NCBI RefSeq assembly: GCF_009914755.1
Contig: NC_060930.1
Source: the human T2T-CHM13v2.0 reference genome, Homo sapiens
Direction: 5' to 3' (one strand)
Length of the DNA: 64,000 nucleotides
Each line of letters opens with the position of its first letter. The stretch's first letter is position 1. The notes beneath the pieces are model-generated. The model had not been told where the DNA came from. It ran no database searches and saw only the letters and a list, made by a program, of their open reading frames with translations. The translations under genes and the position numbers were made by a program. This document shows positions 26,910-41,508 of this stretch, in pieces.

Positions 26910-29900
26910 AAAAATTCCCCTATTTAATCTGAGCCCACAGATGTGAAATTATTCTCGATCACTTTGCAATGGTCAAAACCACAGAGGAAATAGAGCTTTT
27001 TTTTCTGTTCTCTAAAAGATACCACTGTGTTCTCAGCTTGAGGATTTATATTATCTTCCCGCCACCAAATCAGAAAATAAAGAACAGTGTGATTGATTTG
27101 GTGGAGTCATGAAGTCACTGACTTCACTATGTGGGCAAAGAATATCTGCGCCATGAGTAAATTAAGCTTTCCAAAGTCGTGATGGAACAGTGATAAAATC
27201 TGTGATAGTCAGTTGGGTGTCTCCCATGCAGTAACCAAGTAGATGACTAACAAACAGAGTGTGTCCAACAATGGCATCCAGGGCCTCTTCCTCTCCAAAT
27301 GCATTTATGTGTCAATAAATTAAAGTTTACAAAAAGAAAAAATATTTAGACCAAATATCCTCTTTCAAATGTGAAGGAATAAATTTAAAATATAGCTGAT
27401 CAGTATTGAAGAATATATTTCCACCATAAATTGCCAATTAGATGGATCCTATGCAAGGAAACCACATTATATAGACTTCTCTGGACTCCAATCTTCCCCT
27501 AAAAATCATTTATCCCCTTAAACTACTCCTCCTAAACACAGTCTCTCATGGCTCAAGTTCTAATTCCAGGCCCAAGTAAGTGATTAAAGGGAGTCTTCTA
27601 ATGATAGCTGTTAACATACTTCAGAAAATAAAGTCCTTCCTTCTTTCTCTGTCCCCCACCCCATTCCCCGAGAAAAGCAAAAGCTAAATCAGTACTTAAC
27701 TCATAGGTGCCATTTCTCATATTGTTGTCCTATGAATTTCTAGACAGCAAATTGCACATGATGAGTAACAACAAGTAGTTATATAAAACCCTCTAATATA
27801 AAGAGGGAGTACCTAGTGTCATAGGTAGAAGAGGCAGAAATAAATGTTGTAAATGACAAAAGAATGTCATCAATTTTATATTTTGGAACAATTCTCCAGG
27901 TAAAATTTAGCTAACTGAAGACACAGGTATTTCCAATAACAACCAGCTCTTACTCTAGTTCTGCAGTTTAAATTATGCTAAAGAATAATATATAAATGTT
28001 CCTGACACCAGTAATTTACCTAGAAACCATGATTTGCAAGGTAAATAATCTGTGTGTTAACTGCACTTTATTCTTAAAAGTATTCTGAAGAATGATGAAT
28101 CAAAAGGAAAACATTCTTAATAGAACAATCAGTTTCAAGGGCAGGCTTAGTCATACAACTGAACTACCGGAACACTAAAATTTAAATACATCTGGAAAAA
28201 AGCCACGGATGTCTGCTCACCAACAAATACAAGTTTTAATTAATTAGCCGATTTGCTTTAAACAAATGTAATTTTAGCCTGAAAAATACAAAATAAGGCC
28301 ATATTAACTTTTTTCTGGAGAAAAGGTTACATTTTAAAAGTCCTCAGGGCCCATCCTCAAGCAGCCTTGGCCCAGGGCTGGGGTGTGCAGGGCACCAGGA
28401 TGCCAGTGGGAAAGCGAGATGGAGCAGCAGTGGTTGAAGGCCAGGCTGAGGGCTAGGTGTCATCCACTGAGACTAAACAGAGTTTAGTGTTATCTGCTGG
28501 ACTGTTGAGTGAAAAATATTCTCTGACCTGATCCTGAATTTTCCTTGATAATCAAAAGATTAAGAAACAGGGTCACACCACGTTACCCAGACTGGACTCA
28601 AGAGACTCTCCCACTTCAGTCTTCCAAGTAACTGGGACTACAGGTGTGCACCACTGTGCCTGGCCCAGAATTGTTTTCTTCATTTCATTTTTGGATTGTT
28701 CTTTGCAAGTGTATAGAAACACAATAGTTTGTTAAATACTGATATTGTATGCTTCAACCTTACTGAACTCATTTATTCATTCTGGTAGTTATTATGCTAG
28801 GTTCCTTGAGATTTTCTTTAAACAAGATGCTATCATCTGCAAATAGAGATGGTTTTACCTCTTCCTACTCAGTGAAACCATCAATAAGAGATTGATGTGT
28901 TTCATCTCATTTTCTGGCCTAATGCTCCTGATTCTTTTTAATGTTGTATTTCGCTGTTTGGATGTATCATAATTATTTTTACCAATCTCTTATTGATGAA
29001 CATGTAGGTCATTTCCAACCTCTTGCAGTTATAACAGTGCTGCAATAAATAACCTATTACATACAGTCATAGAGTAATATTTCTCAAACTTTTTGGTCTC
29101 AGGATTACTTTACCTTTTTATACATAAGTTGCAAGTTTGGGCTTAGAAAGAATTTAATAATCATGAAAATTTTGTTTTCTTATAAAGTTGCTTTAATATT
29201 TGACATTGTTACCCTATCTAGATATTTTAAATGATATAATAAAACAAATGATGTCACAAATCAAATATTTAACTTTTTAAACAATAATATTTTTAGAGAT
29301 TGCTTTTTTCTGGATAAACAAGGACTTTTAAAACAAAGAACTAAAAATCTTGAAATTTTTAATCAGGTTTCATGTTCCTAATTTTAATGGGTTCTAGTTC
29401 ACAAGTGCTAGTTAATTCTTCACTAATCAGCCAGATGAAAGTGGAGATCGAAAAGGACCCTCTTCTAAGGAAGCAGCATATGCAAAGCTTAAAGATAAAT
29501 GAGACCATGGTTTGAAAATATAGAGTGGCATACACTTGGTTAAAAGCAATTTGATCATCACAACAATTTGGCCTAAACAGCCATTTGGTTGAAAAGGAAT
29601 ATCCCCCAGTTATGGCTTTTTTTCAAGTATCGCTAATTTTGGTACATCATGGGTTGTTTTTCAAGCTTCTGTGCCAGAGTTTTCAGGAAAACTTTTTCTA
29701 ATAATTGCTTTTGTGTTTCTAACTGATTTTCCAGAAACATTTATAATTTTGACTTTTTTCCTTTTAATGAGCATGCTTTTGAAATAAGCAAAAAACAACA
29801 AAAGAAACTGTATCGAAGAGCAAAAAAATCCTCACCAAATATTTTAAGAAGAAAATATTTATGCACATAAATGTAACAGTAACTTATACAATCATTTAAA

Positions 29901-32515
29901 AGCTCCACAATGTTTACTTTTGCCAGTTATATAAACTTTTAAAAATTGACCACGCCAGTATCAACCCTGAGCACTGTGTATATGCTTTTTTATAGCTACA
30001 TAAATCACAACTTCCTAAGTCACAAAAATTAGCAAATAGTTGAAACAATAAGTTAAGAAAAGTAAACACAACCCCACATCCAAGGGGAACCTGCTGGGAT
30101 CTGCAACCTATTGCAGTGCTCAAAGAAGTCAAACACTGGACACAGCGTCTCATTTGAATTCATATTCTCATTTCACGACTTCAAGTGCAGCTCTACCAGT
30201 AGCAGCTGTGGCAAGTTTCCCCTACTTTTAAACGAGGGAACAGAACCAGAAGATTTTGAAGATGCCCTCCAAGTGTGACTCTAAGTAAAACTAACTTTGA
30301 GGTCCAAAAGCTGCCAACCTTTCAGAAGTAAGATGAGTGTTCACTGACTCCCTTTCTGTGAGAAGAATGTGTGGGAGAAGAAGAAAAGGAGATTTAAAAA
30401 GGACTCCAGGCCCCCAAATCAACCTTTAAAAATCTGTGGAGGGGTAGGCAGGGGGCAAGGAGAGCACAGCTACAGGATTACCAGAGGTAAGCCATTCTTC
30501 AGTGTCCCAGCAGAACTCTAAGGTAAAGAGGCAACACACCTATCAATCTCCTCAAAAAGAGTCTGAACCCCAAACTGTAGCTTTTTCTAAAATGAATAAA
30601 CTAAAAGGAAAAGTACTTGATGTAATAAAAAGAGACACAGATAAGGGAAGCAGATGGGCACCAAAAGCAACTTACACTTAACTTCACAATTTTGTCTGAC
30701 ACCTTCCAAGTCAATCCACCCTTCTACACCATACGCTCTCATTTATAGAGTGCCTAACAATATGCCAAGTACTATGCTTTATGCTTATTTAGACTATCTC
30801 ATTTAAATCCTCACACCAAGCTGGCATTACCACCATTTTACAGATGAGGGCATAAAGAGATTAAGTTCACACAAATAATGAATTGCAAAGCCTGGACACA
30901 CCACCATTTACCTGATCTCAAAGGTGAGGCTTCTTCTGCTCCTCTGTTTGGTGTACATGTCACAGACTGATAACCTTGCAAAAGATGTTTTCCTTTCAAA
31001 GCTAATTTGTTCAAAATTAACATAATATACCTTTTACAAAAATGAAAAAAAAAAGAATCCAGTAAAGAAAGGCCTGTCTGGAGACTAACCTCTCAAGCAC
31101 CTCACTGTCCAAAGGAATAGGACAAACAAGAATAGTTCTTGGAGTCACAACAAGGGTGAAAAAAACAGGGGGAAATAAGTGAATAATATTAAATTTAAGT
31201 TAACAAGATAAAAATTTAGAAAAGGCAAAACTTTTAAGAATTATTTAAAAGATAGGGAACACGTCCCTAGCCTGAGTCAGCACTCCAGGCAACTTATTAC
31301 AGTATCCACACCCCAAACTTTACAGAGTGTCCTAGCCTGTAAGGAAGAGATCCTCTCCCATAAAGTATGTGCAGAATGAAAGAAAAGCTTGAGAGAGGAC
31401 AGATGAACTGCCGCATGCTGCGTCAGAATTCACAATATATTTCCTCACAAAGCAGAGGGTTTCAACCTTTTATCGCTTGTGATTCTCAACCAGAGAGTGC
31501 GTGATGTGCCCTCCCTGAGGGATATTATCAGAATTTGAGAAAAAGGTTCTGTCAAGTGGTGAGAGAGACAAGACTGACACACCTCTAAGGTAATTCTGAT
31601 ACATCCATGAAATAAAAATCACTTTTATAGAAGATGACTAAACGCAATTTACATTATTGGTACCACTCTTAAGCTACATGATAGTTTAAATAAGATTTGT
31701 TGGCTAGCTTAAGAATACATAACCACATTTAAAATAACATTTCTATGTGAGAAAACTCCAAATAGAAACATGACCTATTTCAACTTTAGGGCTCTCCTTA
31801 AAAGGTGGGAGAAAGGGGAAGTGACCAATAGTTTATTGTGAAATCCTAAGGGTTCCTTACACAAGATTTACAGAAGGGCTTCAATAGGGTCCAATAACTC
31901 CACGAAATTACATGCAAATTTTGTGTTTATCTATTTTCTGGATAGTTTATATTCTCAAAATTACCCATGGTACACAAGTAAATATTAATTTAAGAACCAT
32001 AACCATTAACTGCTTCATAGAGAAAGTTAGACATAAGCACCAATCACTGGATTAAATTAAGTATAAGAATATAATAAGTCTAGACTTCTGTCCCTACAAT
32101 ATCTTTATTCTCATCTAACCTTCTGCCATCCACATAAACCTGAGGCCAGAACTTGGTTTGAATCTTGAGAGAGAAAAAAAATCTTACTAAGAAATGTAGC
32201 TTTTCCATGCACTAACATATAAATATTTACAGATTTCTGAAACTTCTGAGATTTTACAGATTCCAATAGTAACAGGTTTTACTAACGTCACAGAATGCAC
32301 TGAAATCACTGGGTACTTACCTATCCACCTCCATCATTACCCACCGTCCACACACCAAATAATTATAGATGCCTAAAATGCATGCAAAATTCTCTAGAAT
32401 TTAAACTTTCAAGATGATTTTCAAAAGTTGTGCTTCAGAGCTATATAATCAATTACTGCAAAATAAACTGAAATATTCCAAACAATTCCAGGAAGTGAAC
32501 GAAATAAAAACTGAC

Positions 32516-32577
32516 CTTCATGAGATGCTGATTTATCCATTTTGTAAATGTTTTCTTCTGAACTTTGTCCCGTTCAT
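32516..32577 (-). CDS. DST: DST first common CH1 exon (62 nt; [G][22 protein letters not shown])
   Basis: Acceptor tttttccttccag (AG at 32578-32579); donor AAG|gtcagt (32510-32515); phase 1 in, phase 0 out; QKKTFTKW actin-binding site 1 motif. Confidence 0.97.
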
Positions 32578-32841
32578 CTGGAAGGAAAAAATATATATAA
32601 AGATAAGGTTAGTAAAATCTATGAATAGATGACTTTGTGATCATGAATATAAACAAAAATGAGATATTTAAAAGATATGCTTCAGTGTATTCAAAGTTTC
32701 TTGTTAAATTTTGGCAACTTCAGGCTATCTGTAAGAAAGTGTTTAAAGAGCTGCTTGTCAGGTTGGTCTCTTCCCAGTACTGCATTTACCAATATTCCTC
32801 CATTAAACAAATGCCCTCTGCCCCTCTGTCCCATAACCCCT

Positions 32842-32877
32842 CATCACCACCACCACCACCACCACCACCACCACCAT
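32842..32877. repeat. (CAC)n trinucleotide repeat ((GGT)n in the DST pre-mRNA), at the edge of a MIR
   Basis: cat(cac)10cat, about 265 nt upstream of the 32577 acceptor. Confidence 0.95.
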
Positions 32878-33137
32878 GAAGTTGTCTAACGTAAGCCTTG
32901 TCCTTGCACTGAATTTCCCAAAGCCCTTTACCATATGTACATCCCATTTGCTCTTCACAGCCATAAGAGGAAGGGTTACTCCCATTTTGTAGAATAAGAA
33001 ACCAAGACTTAACGAGGATAAAAGACTTGTTCATGATTACCCAGCAAATAGTTTAAAGTCTTGACAAAAGGCAAGGCCTAAATTGAGACTTTTTGGCTTG
33101 AAGTAGACTCTGGCTGAACATTAATTATTCTGCTTAA

Positions 33138-33504
<367 letters not shown>

Positions 33505-34190
33505 TAGATTCCTGTGTTGAACTGTACAACAAAGAAATGCCCCAACTAGATCTTTACTGTGGACAGTGATCCTGCCCTGGTTCCTATAGACAGCACAAAG
33601 AAGAGTGAGAAAAGTTTTCTTCTGATTTAAGGAGAAAGAGCAATTGGAATGCTGTGGTTCATCAAGTTATTATTTCAAAGGAGAATGATAATCATCCAAC
33701 ACCTAAAGCTAGCATTCAAAACTGTATTACACTATCTTCTTCCTCCCTACTTCTAGACAGCAATTCCTTACTTTCTTATTTCCTTCTTCTCTCCTTTCTG
33801 CCTCCAGGGCTACCTCTTTCTCCTTCCTTGGTGGTCTTCTTTCCTCTTCTACCACAATTCAGATGTTCTCCATCCTTTCCCTGGGGGTAAGATATGTCTC
33901 GGTCTCTTTCTTCATCTCTTTTTCTCCTCATTCTTCATTCCTAACCCCCTTTAAACTACTGTAATATAACTAAAGTTTCTTTGAAAATGTTTGTCCTATT
34001 TATTAAAAGTATTTATGTTCTCTAGAATAACTTGAATGTAAACAAAAGTATATCAACTAGGGAAAATATACGCAATATGAGACAAATGTTACTATTATGA
34101 AAAAACAGCAAGAAGAAAAAGATTAACATTTTAATACATAAGCAGGCAAAAACAGACAGTTAATCAATTTTTTAAAAAGTAATGCCCAAG

Positions 34191-34573
<383 letters not shown>

Positions 34574-34683
34574 TTACCAAATTGCCAAGATTTTATTTTT
34601 TAAAAAATTTCATGTTGAAAAGGACACAAGAAACAGACACACATATTGCTGATGAAAATGTAATTTAATTTAAACTTTCTAGA

Positions 34684-35040
34684 CCTGCGTTGTTCAGTAC
34701 TGTAGCCACTAGTCACATACACCTATTTAAGTTTAAACCAAAGTTAATTAAAGCAAAATACAATTAACAATTCAGTTTCTTTGTTGCACTAGTCACAATT
34801 TAAGTGCTCGACAGTCACATGTAGCTAATGGCTAACATATTGAAAAGCAGAGAAATAGAACATTCTAATCATCACGGAAATTCCTATCAGACAGCACTGC
34901 TCTAGAACAAAGCTCTACTGGACAGCGCTACTTTAGAATAATTTGATATAGAATAATCCCATCATCACAGAAGTTTCTGTCAGACAGCACTGCTCTAAAA
35001 CAAAGCTCTACTGGACAACACTGCTGTACAACAATTTGTT
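34684..35040. mobile_element. MER3-like hAT MITE with reiterated terminal sequence
   Basis: gtagccactagtcacat...ttgcactagtcaca...tagaacatt...catcacggaaattcctatcagacagcactg, followed by three further copies of the terminus. Confidence 0.75.
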
Positions 35041-35566
35041 AATATACATAAAAAGCCCTAAAAATACCTACGACCTTTCCCAGCAAATCTACTTCTAAAA
35101 TCTATTCTGAAGTTATAATCATATTATGTACAAAATGTAACTATGAGAATATAAATCAGAGTGCTTACAATAGGAAAATAAAAATTCTGAAAAAACACAA
35201 ATGTTCGAGAAAAGGAAATAAGGAAATTTTAGTAAAGTGATACAATGGTCTGTTCAAATTCAACTTGTTGTAAGACTACTCAGTGATAGTATTATCATTT
35301 AGAGTTCTCCTACTTTAATGCCAATAAGAATGGGGGGGAGGAACATATAACGTACTTTTTATTTCATAAGCATTTCTTCTCCAAAGTACCTCATTGAAAC
35401 ACCTTCCATTTCCTATCACTGTCAGGGAGAAAAAAAAGGTACTTATATACAGCCCATCTTTTGATTCTGCCTATAATACCTTTTCAGTGCCCCCAACTTC
35501 TAATCTACTTCTTATTTAAAAATTAGATAAAGGGGTGCAGAAAGCATTCCCAGACAGTAGAAGTAG

Positions 35567-36201
<635 letters not shown>

Positions 36202-36773
36202 CTAAAATTATTTTATTTGCCTCATTCCAAGTGTAAAACCCCCAGGCACTTTGCTTAAAACTGCTATCAAAAGCAATGATATTAATAATTATGAACCAAT
36301 AATATTATCCACAAAATATTTATTAATTCCTCTATTGGCCCCTTAGGGGCATCATCTATACCTCATTCATCTTTGTCTACCACATACTAGATGCCACAAA
36401 GCCTCTATGCTGCAATGCCTCTATGCGCTCAACAGATAGATGCCCATTGTGTGAAATAATTTTATTTCAGGAAGGACAATCCAACTGAGGAAAACAATGT
36501 AGAATTACTTGTATACATATATACAGTAGTATATACAACTATATCTCTTAAAGCAATAATGGTGTCCTAAATGTCTTTCGGCCTTGCTATTCCTAGACAG
36601 TTCAAAATGAACCTAAATTACCAATTTGTTGGTAAAGCAAGAACAAGGAAACAGAAACAATTTACTAGTTCTCTTCACTGATAAGTGCAGATTCTGTACT
36701 TCCTTCATTTACTCACTCTTCATCCTAGCATCTATCTGGTCATTTAATGAGTCCAGTGCTATGGTGGTGCTGG

Positions 36774-37562
36774 TGTCAGAGGGGTGTGAACTAGAGCAAC
36801 TCCATCTTGAATAGGAGCTAGGTAAAAGGAAGCTGAGACCTACTGGGCTGCATTCCCAGATGGTTAAGGCATTCTAAGTCACAGGTTGAGATAGGAGGTC
36901 AGCACAAGATACAGGTCATAAAGACCTTGCTAATAAAACAGATTGCAGTAAAGATGCTGACTAAAACCCACCAAAACCAAAATGGCAACGAGAGTGACCT
37001 CTGGTCGTCCTCACTATGACATTCCCACCAGCGCCATGACAGTTTACAAATCCCATGGCAATGTCAGGAAGCTACCCTATATGGTCTACAAGGAGGAGGC
37101 ATGAATAATCCACCCCTTGTTTAGCATATCATCAAGAAATAACCACAAAAATGAGCAACCAGCAGCCCTCAGGGCTGCTATGTCTATGGAGTAGCCATTC
37201 TTTATTCTCAGCTCGCTACAACCTCCGCCTCCCAGGTTCAAGGGATTCTCTTGTCTCAGCCTCCTGAGTAGCTGGGATCACAGGCATGCGCCAACACACC
37301 TGGCTAATGTTTGTATTTTAGACAGGGTTTCGCCATGTTAGCCAGGTTGGTTCCAAACTCCTGACCTCAGGTGATCCTCCCGCCTCGGCCTCCCAAAGTG
37401 TTGGGATTCCAAAGTGTAGGCCAGGCGTGAGCCACCGCACCTGGCCTACTTTCTTAATAAACTTGCTTTCACTTTATTCTGTGGACTCACCCTGAATTCT
37501 CTCTGGCAAGAGATCCAAGAACCCTCTCTTGGGGTTTGAATCTGGACCCCTGTCCTGTAACA
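36774..37562 (+). mobile_element. MER41A solo LTR (ERV1), interrupted by a tailless Alu at 37207-37446 (-)
   Basis: Starts tgtcagagg...gagcaactccatcttgaataggagct and ends cctgtaaca; ggagg-catgaataatcc junction lacks the GAS-containing segment of MER41B; TSD ctgg/ctga. Confidence 0.88.
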
Positions 37563-39549
37563 CTGAGACCACCAGGCTGCAGAGAAAGCACTAGTCTTGG
37601 TTTCTGAAGCTCATGACCTGGAGAGGACACCTGACAGAAAGGCAGTGTGGTAAGCACACCAGTTGAGAGAAGTACATGGCACTCACCATGTATGCAAGCA
37701 CAAAAGAGAGAAGGACCAACCTCATCCAGGGCAGTCAGGTGGGGCTTAAAGGACAGGAAGTAGGGTAGCAAAACAGAAGCCAGCCATGTGTCAATTTCTC
37801 CACTAAAAAGAAACTCTGACTTAATCATTTAACATTGAAAGAGCCTTGGTTAGGACCCAACTCTTATGTTTCCCTACAAGGTTGCTTCCACTATCCCCAA
37901 GATACTGTCATTTTTCAAATGGAAGTGCTGACCACATCTCAGTCACAGACAGGGAGCTGGGGAATCTGGCTCTGTGATGTGATGTGAACTTTGGACAACT
38001 GATTGCAAACAATGGAAGTTCTGTGCCAAAGTCTAGCACTCATATCACATTTTCAGCAGTGATGTTCTAAGCATCCAGCAAAAAGAAAACAGAGTAAATG
38101 AAAAAAATTACTTCCTAGGTAATATCCATATTATTCCCATTAAATAACAACCAAGGCCCCTGATGCTAAATCCTCAAGAAAAAAAAATTAATAATATATT
38201 AAAAATCTTTATAATTCAAGAATAGAGTTTCCATATAAGTCACAAAATAAATTTAATCTATTATGTGTATTATATAAACTATTTTCTTCTTGGGTAAAAA
38301 AGGGTTAACAAAATAGATTTCTTCTTTTCTAAGTGAATAAAAACTGGTCCTATAGTTCAAGGAACATGAGGTAAAACAGATTCTATAGATAAATTGGCTA
38401 ATTACTTACCAAAGCAGTATATTAAGAAAGCTGATTTAATCAAATAATTTACCTCTAAGTACAGAGGTACTTACTATACAAAGGTTCTTTTGATCAATGA
38501 GGTTTTGTTGTTGTTGTTGTGCTAGATGCTCAAAAGCACTGCTAATAACATGATATTTCGTAGGTACTACTGAGGTAATATCTAGGAATTATGATCCGTA
38601 ACTAAAGTACATAAGATACAAAGACTAAATAACACACATAATTCATAAATTCTGATACTGTTTTCTAACAGGAACAACCTAAACCTCTTCTTTTAAACCA
38701 TGATCAACTTAAATGAGTCCCATTCAAATACCAAAATATGCTCTTTAACATGAGAAGGTTTCCACAATGCTACAGGAATGAGAAAAGAGTTAATGTGAAT
38801 TCTAAAGGCTTCAACTTTCTTCAAGAGAGCAACCTAGAGTCAGAGAATAATTTAAGTCTGGGAAGACTTTGTAAATCACACCACTTTCCATACACATTAT
38901 TTCAAAAGGGAGTTATTTCAAAAGGGAGTATTCCAGATTACACCATCTAATTTTCCAATTACAAGTCTCATAATGGTTCTTTATTTCATTTCAGTTAGAG
39001 ATGTCTAACACTGAGATTTATATTTAGAGCAATGTTGCTACAGCAACAAAAAGGGAAACTCATTCCTGTGATTTTAAACAATTGAACTTTTATAACATTC
39101 CTCTATTTGAAAATTATTTCATTTATAGATTAAGTTTTCAATAAAAATATATATTTATATCCCCCTTATAAAGTGTAACAGCTGAAAATATGTAACGACA
39201 ATGAAGACAAAGAATAACAGAATTGGGGGGGAACAAATAAATGCAAAAAGAGTACTGATTATTACAATCTATATTGACTGGTTTTCAGTGAAATCCAAAC
39301 AAAGCTAAACTCACTCAGTACCACACACGCAGTAAGTATTGAGATTATATAAATACATATTCTGTGGACAACAATAGGCAGGGGAGTTCTCTCCAGGGAG
39401 CCTCAGAAGTTGTCCTGATTTCAGTACAGGTTTTCGAAAGATGCCCGACAATCAGCTGAACTATCGCCATGCAAACCAAAGCAGGTAGTGCAACTTTCCC
39501 TTCCCAGTTCTGAAAACATGAAAGTGATAGTATATGTGATACTACTAAC

Positions 39550-39619
39550 CCATACAGCACATCAGTCCCACCAGCTTTGCGTTCCAATCTTGATCATTTT
39601 TCATGAGCTGCCCCATCAT
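39550..39619 (-). CDS. DST: Candidate DST alternative first coding exon (MMGQLMKNDQDWNAKLVGLMCCM + G of Asp)
   Basis: ATG at 39617-39619 with an in-frame upstream TAG; 23 codons + 1 nt, ending ATG G|gttagt (donor 39544-39549); phase 1 joins the AT of the 32577 exon to give M-D-E-R-D-K; ends in CC-x-D like plectin 1g. Confidence 0.7.
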
Positions 39620-41149
39620 TCTGCAGGAAATCTGTGCAGCAGTTCCCTAAACTCTCTCCGTACAAACTCTGATGTGTCAGAGTCCTGTTAACTTTCTATG
39701 TAGAAAAGAAAACACTGACTAGACACTCCTACTTGCAAGCTGAAAACTAGTCAACACCTCCTTTTAAACAAATATTAACAAAGCCAGACTCCTCTACTAT
39801 TTTTGTAGGGGATATATACAACTGTTACTAAAAAGAAACCAAATTGTCTATTTCTTCTTTTCATTTTAAAGTTGTTCTTAAGAAGTCCTTTAAAAAAAGT
39901 TTTAATTCCCTTTTTTTGTTTTGCAATGAGGCGAACCAATAGGATGTTAGATTTCACAGCTGAACTAACTCATCACATTCTCTCTTCTAACACCCCAGGC
40001 AGAATTTCCCTGCAATAAAAATAAAAAAAATCCAGCCTAACTTGTTTAACTTATCCCTGATATGTGTGCTAGTAACATGATTTGGAAGGATCACCTTTAT
40101 AGGCTAGACATACATCCTTCTGGGAGAAAACCACTTTTGGGTATTTCTTTATGTATGCCTTATGGATACATTTTCATTTGGATTTCACAATAATTCTGAG
40201 TTGGATAGCACTGTCCTCAGTTTAAAGCTGTGAAAATTAAAGTTGTAGAGATTAACAATCTAGCCTAAAATTCCACAGCCAAAGTGGGATCTTAAGAAGT
40301 CTGATTCTAAACGTTTATGTCATCAAACAATAGAACCCCTAATCTAATAATGCAGGAAAAGCAAGGTGCCTCAAATTTAGGAGCACTTCACTTCTAAGTA
40401 TGAATAAATGAATAATGAAAAGTCAAGACATAAGAACCCTTGTTCTAAACAAGCAAAAGACAAACTATCTTTGGCATTCTTATGCTTGTCTGAAACGTTA
40501 GACCAATAGACCTTCCTGAATAGAAACTGTATACATAGTTAATTCCAAAAAAAAAACAAACAAAAATGATCACTACTTACTTCAGCAATAGAAAACCACC
40601 ATTCAATCATACCACAATACTGCTGGATTAACAGTTGCCAAAATGCTTTAAAACATCTTTATATGATTTTCTAACCCTATTCTAAATATACTGTAAATGA
40701 ATAAATTGTACCAGATCCTGCTGAGAAGTTCAAAGTATCTGCTTAGTAAATAGCCCTTCTCTTCCTATCTCTCCTTTTCCAATTATCTTTAGAGCCCTTG
40801 CCTCCGCTACACGAAAGCCTAAGCCTGTCTATTTCACTGAAACCAGGATAATAATAATAGCAAACACTTAGAGAGCACTTATTATTTGCCAGATGTTGTT
40901 CTCAATTACACACACACATATATAACACACACACACACTGCACATTATACTCATAACAATCAGTGAGATAACTTTCATTTACAGATGAAGAAACTGAGGC
41001 ACTTAGAGGTTAAACAACTTGCCCAGGATCACAAAGCTACCAAGAGCAGAGAGTGCAGTTTGTAAAAGCCTACTCAACATTATAATTTCATACTTAGGAA
41101 ATAAAATTCTAACTTTTAAAAAATGAGTTAAAAATAAAAAGTAAAGCTT

Positions 41150-41508
<359 letters not shown>

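Noticed and set aside
32637-33034. Poly-His, poly-Pro, poly-Gly and poly-Val ORFs
   Set aside because: Translations of the (CAC)n microsatellite; the real exon nearby is 32516-32577.
38403-38480. Two gtaagt donors close to the candidate first exon
   Set aside because: For the stronger donor (38403-38408), the phase-1 frame reaches a stop without any ATG; no supportable exon.
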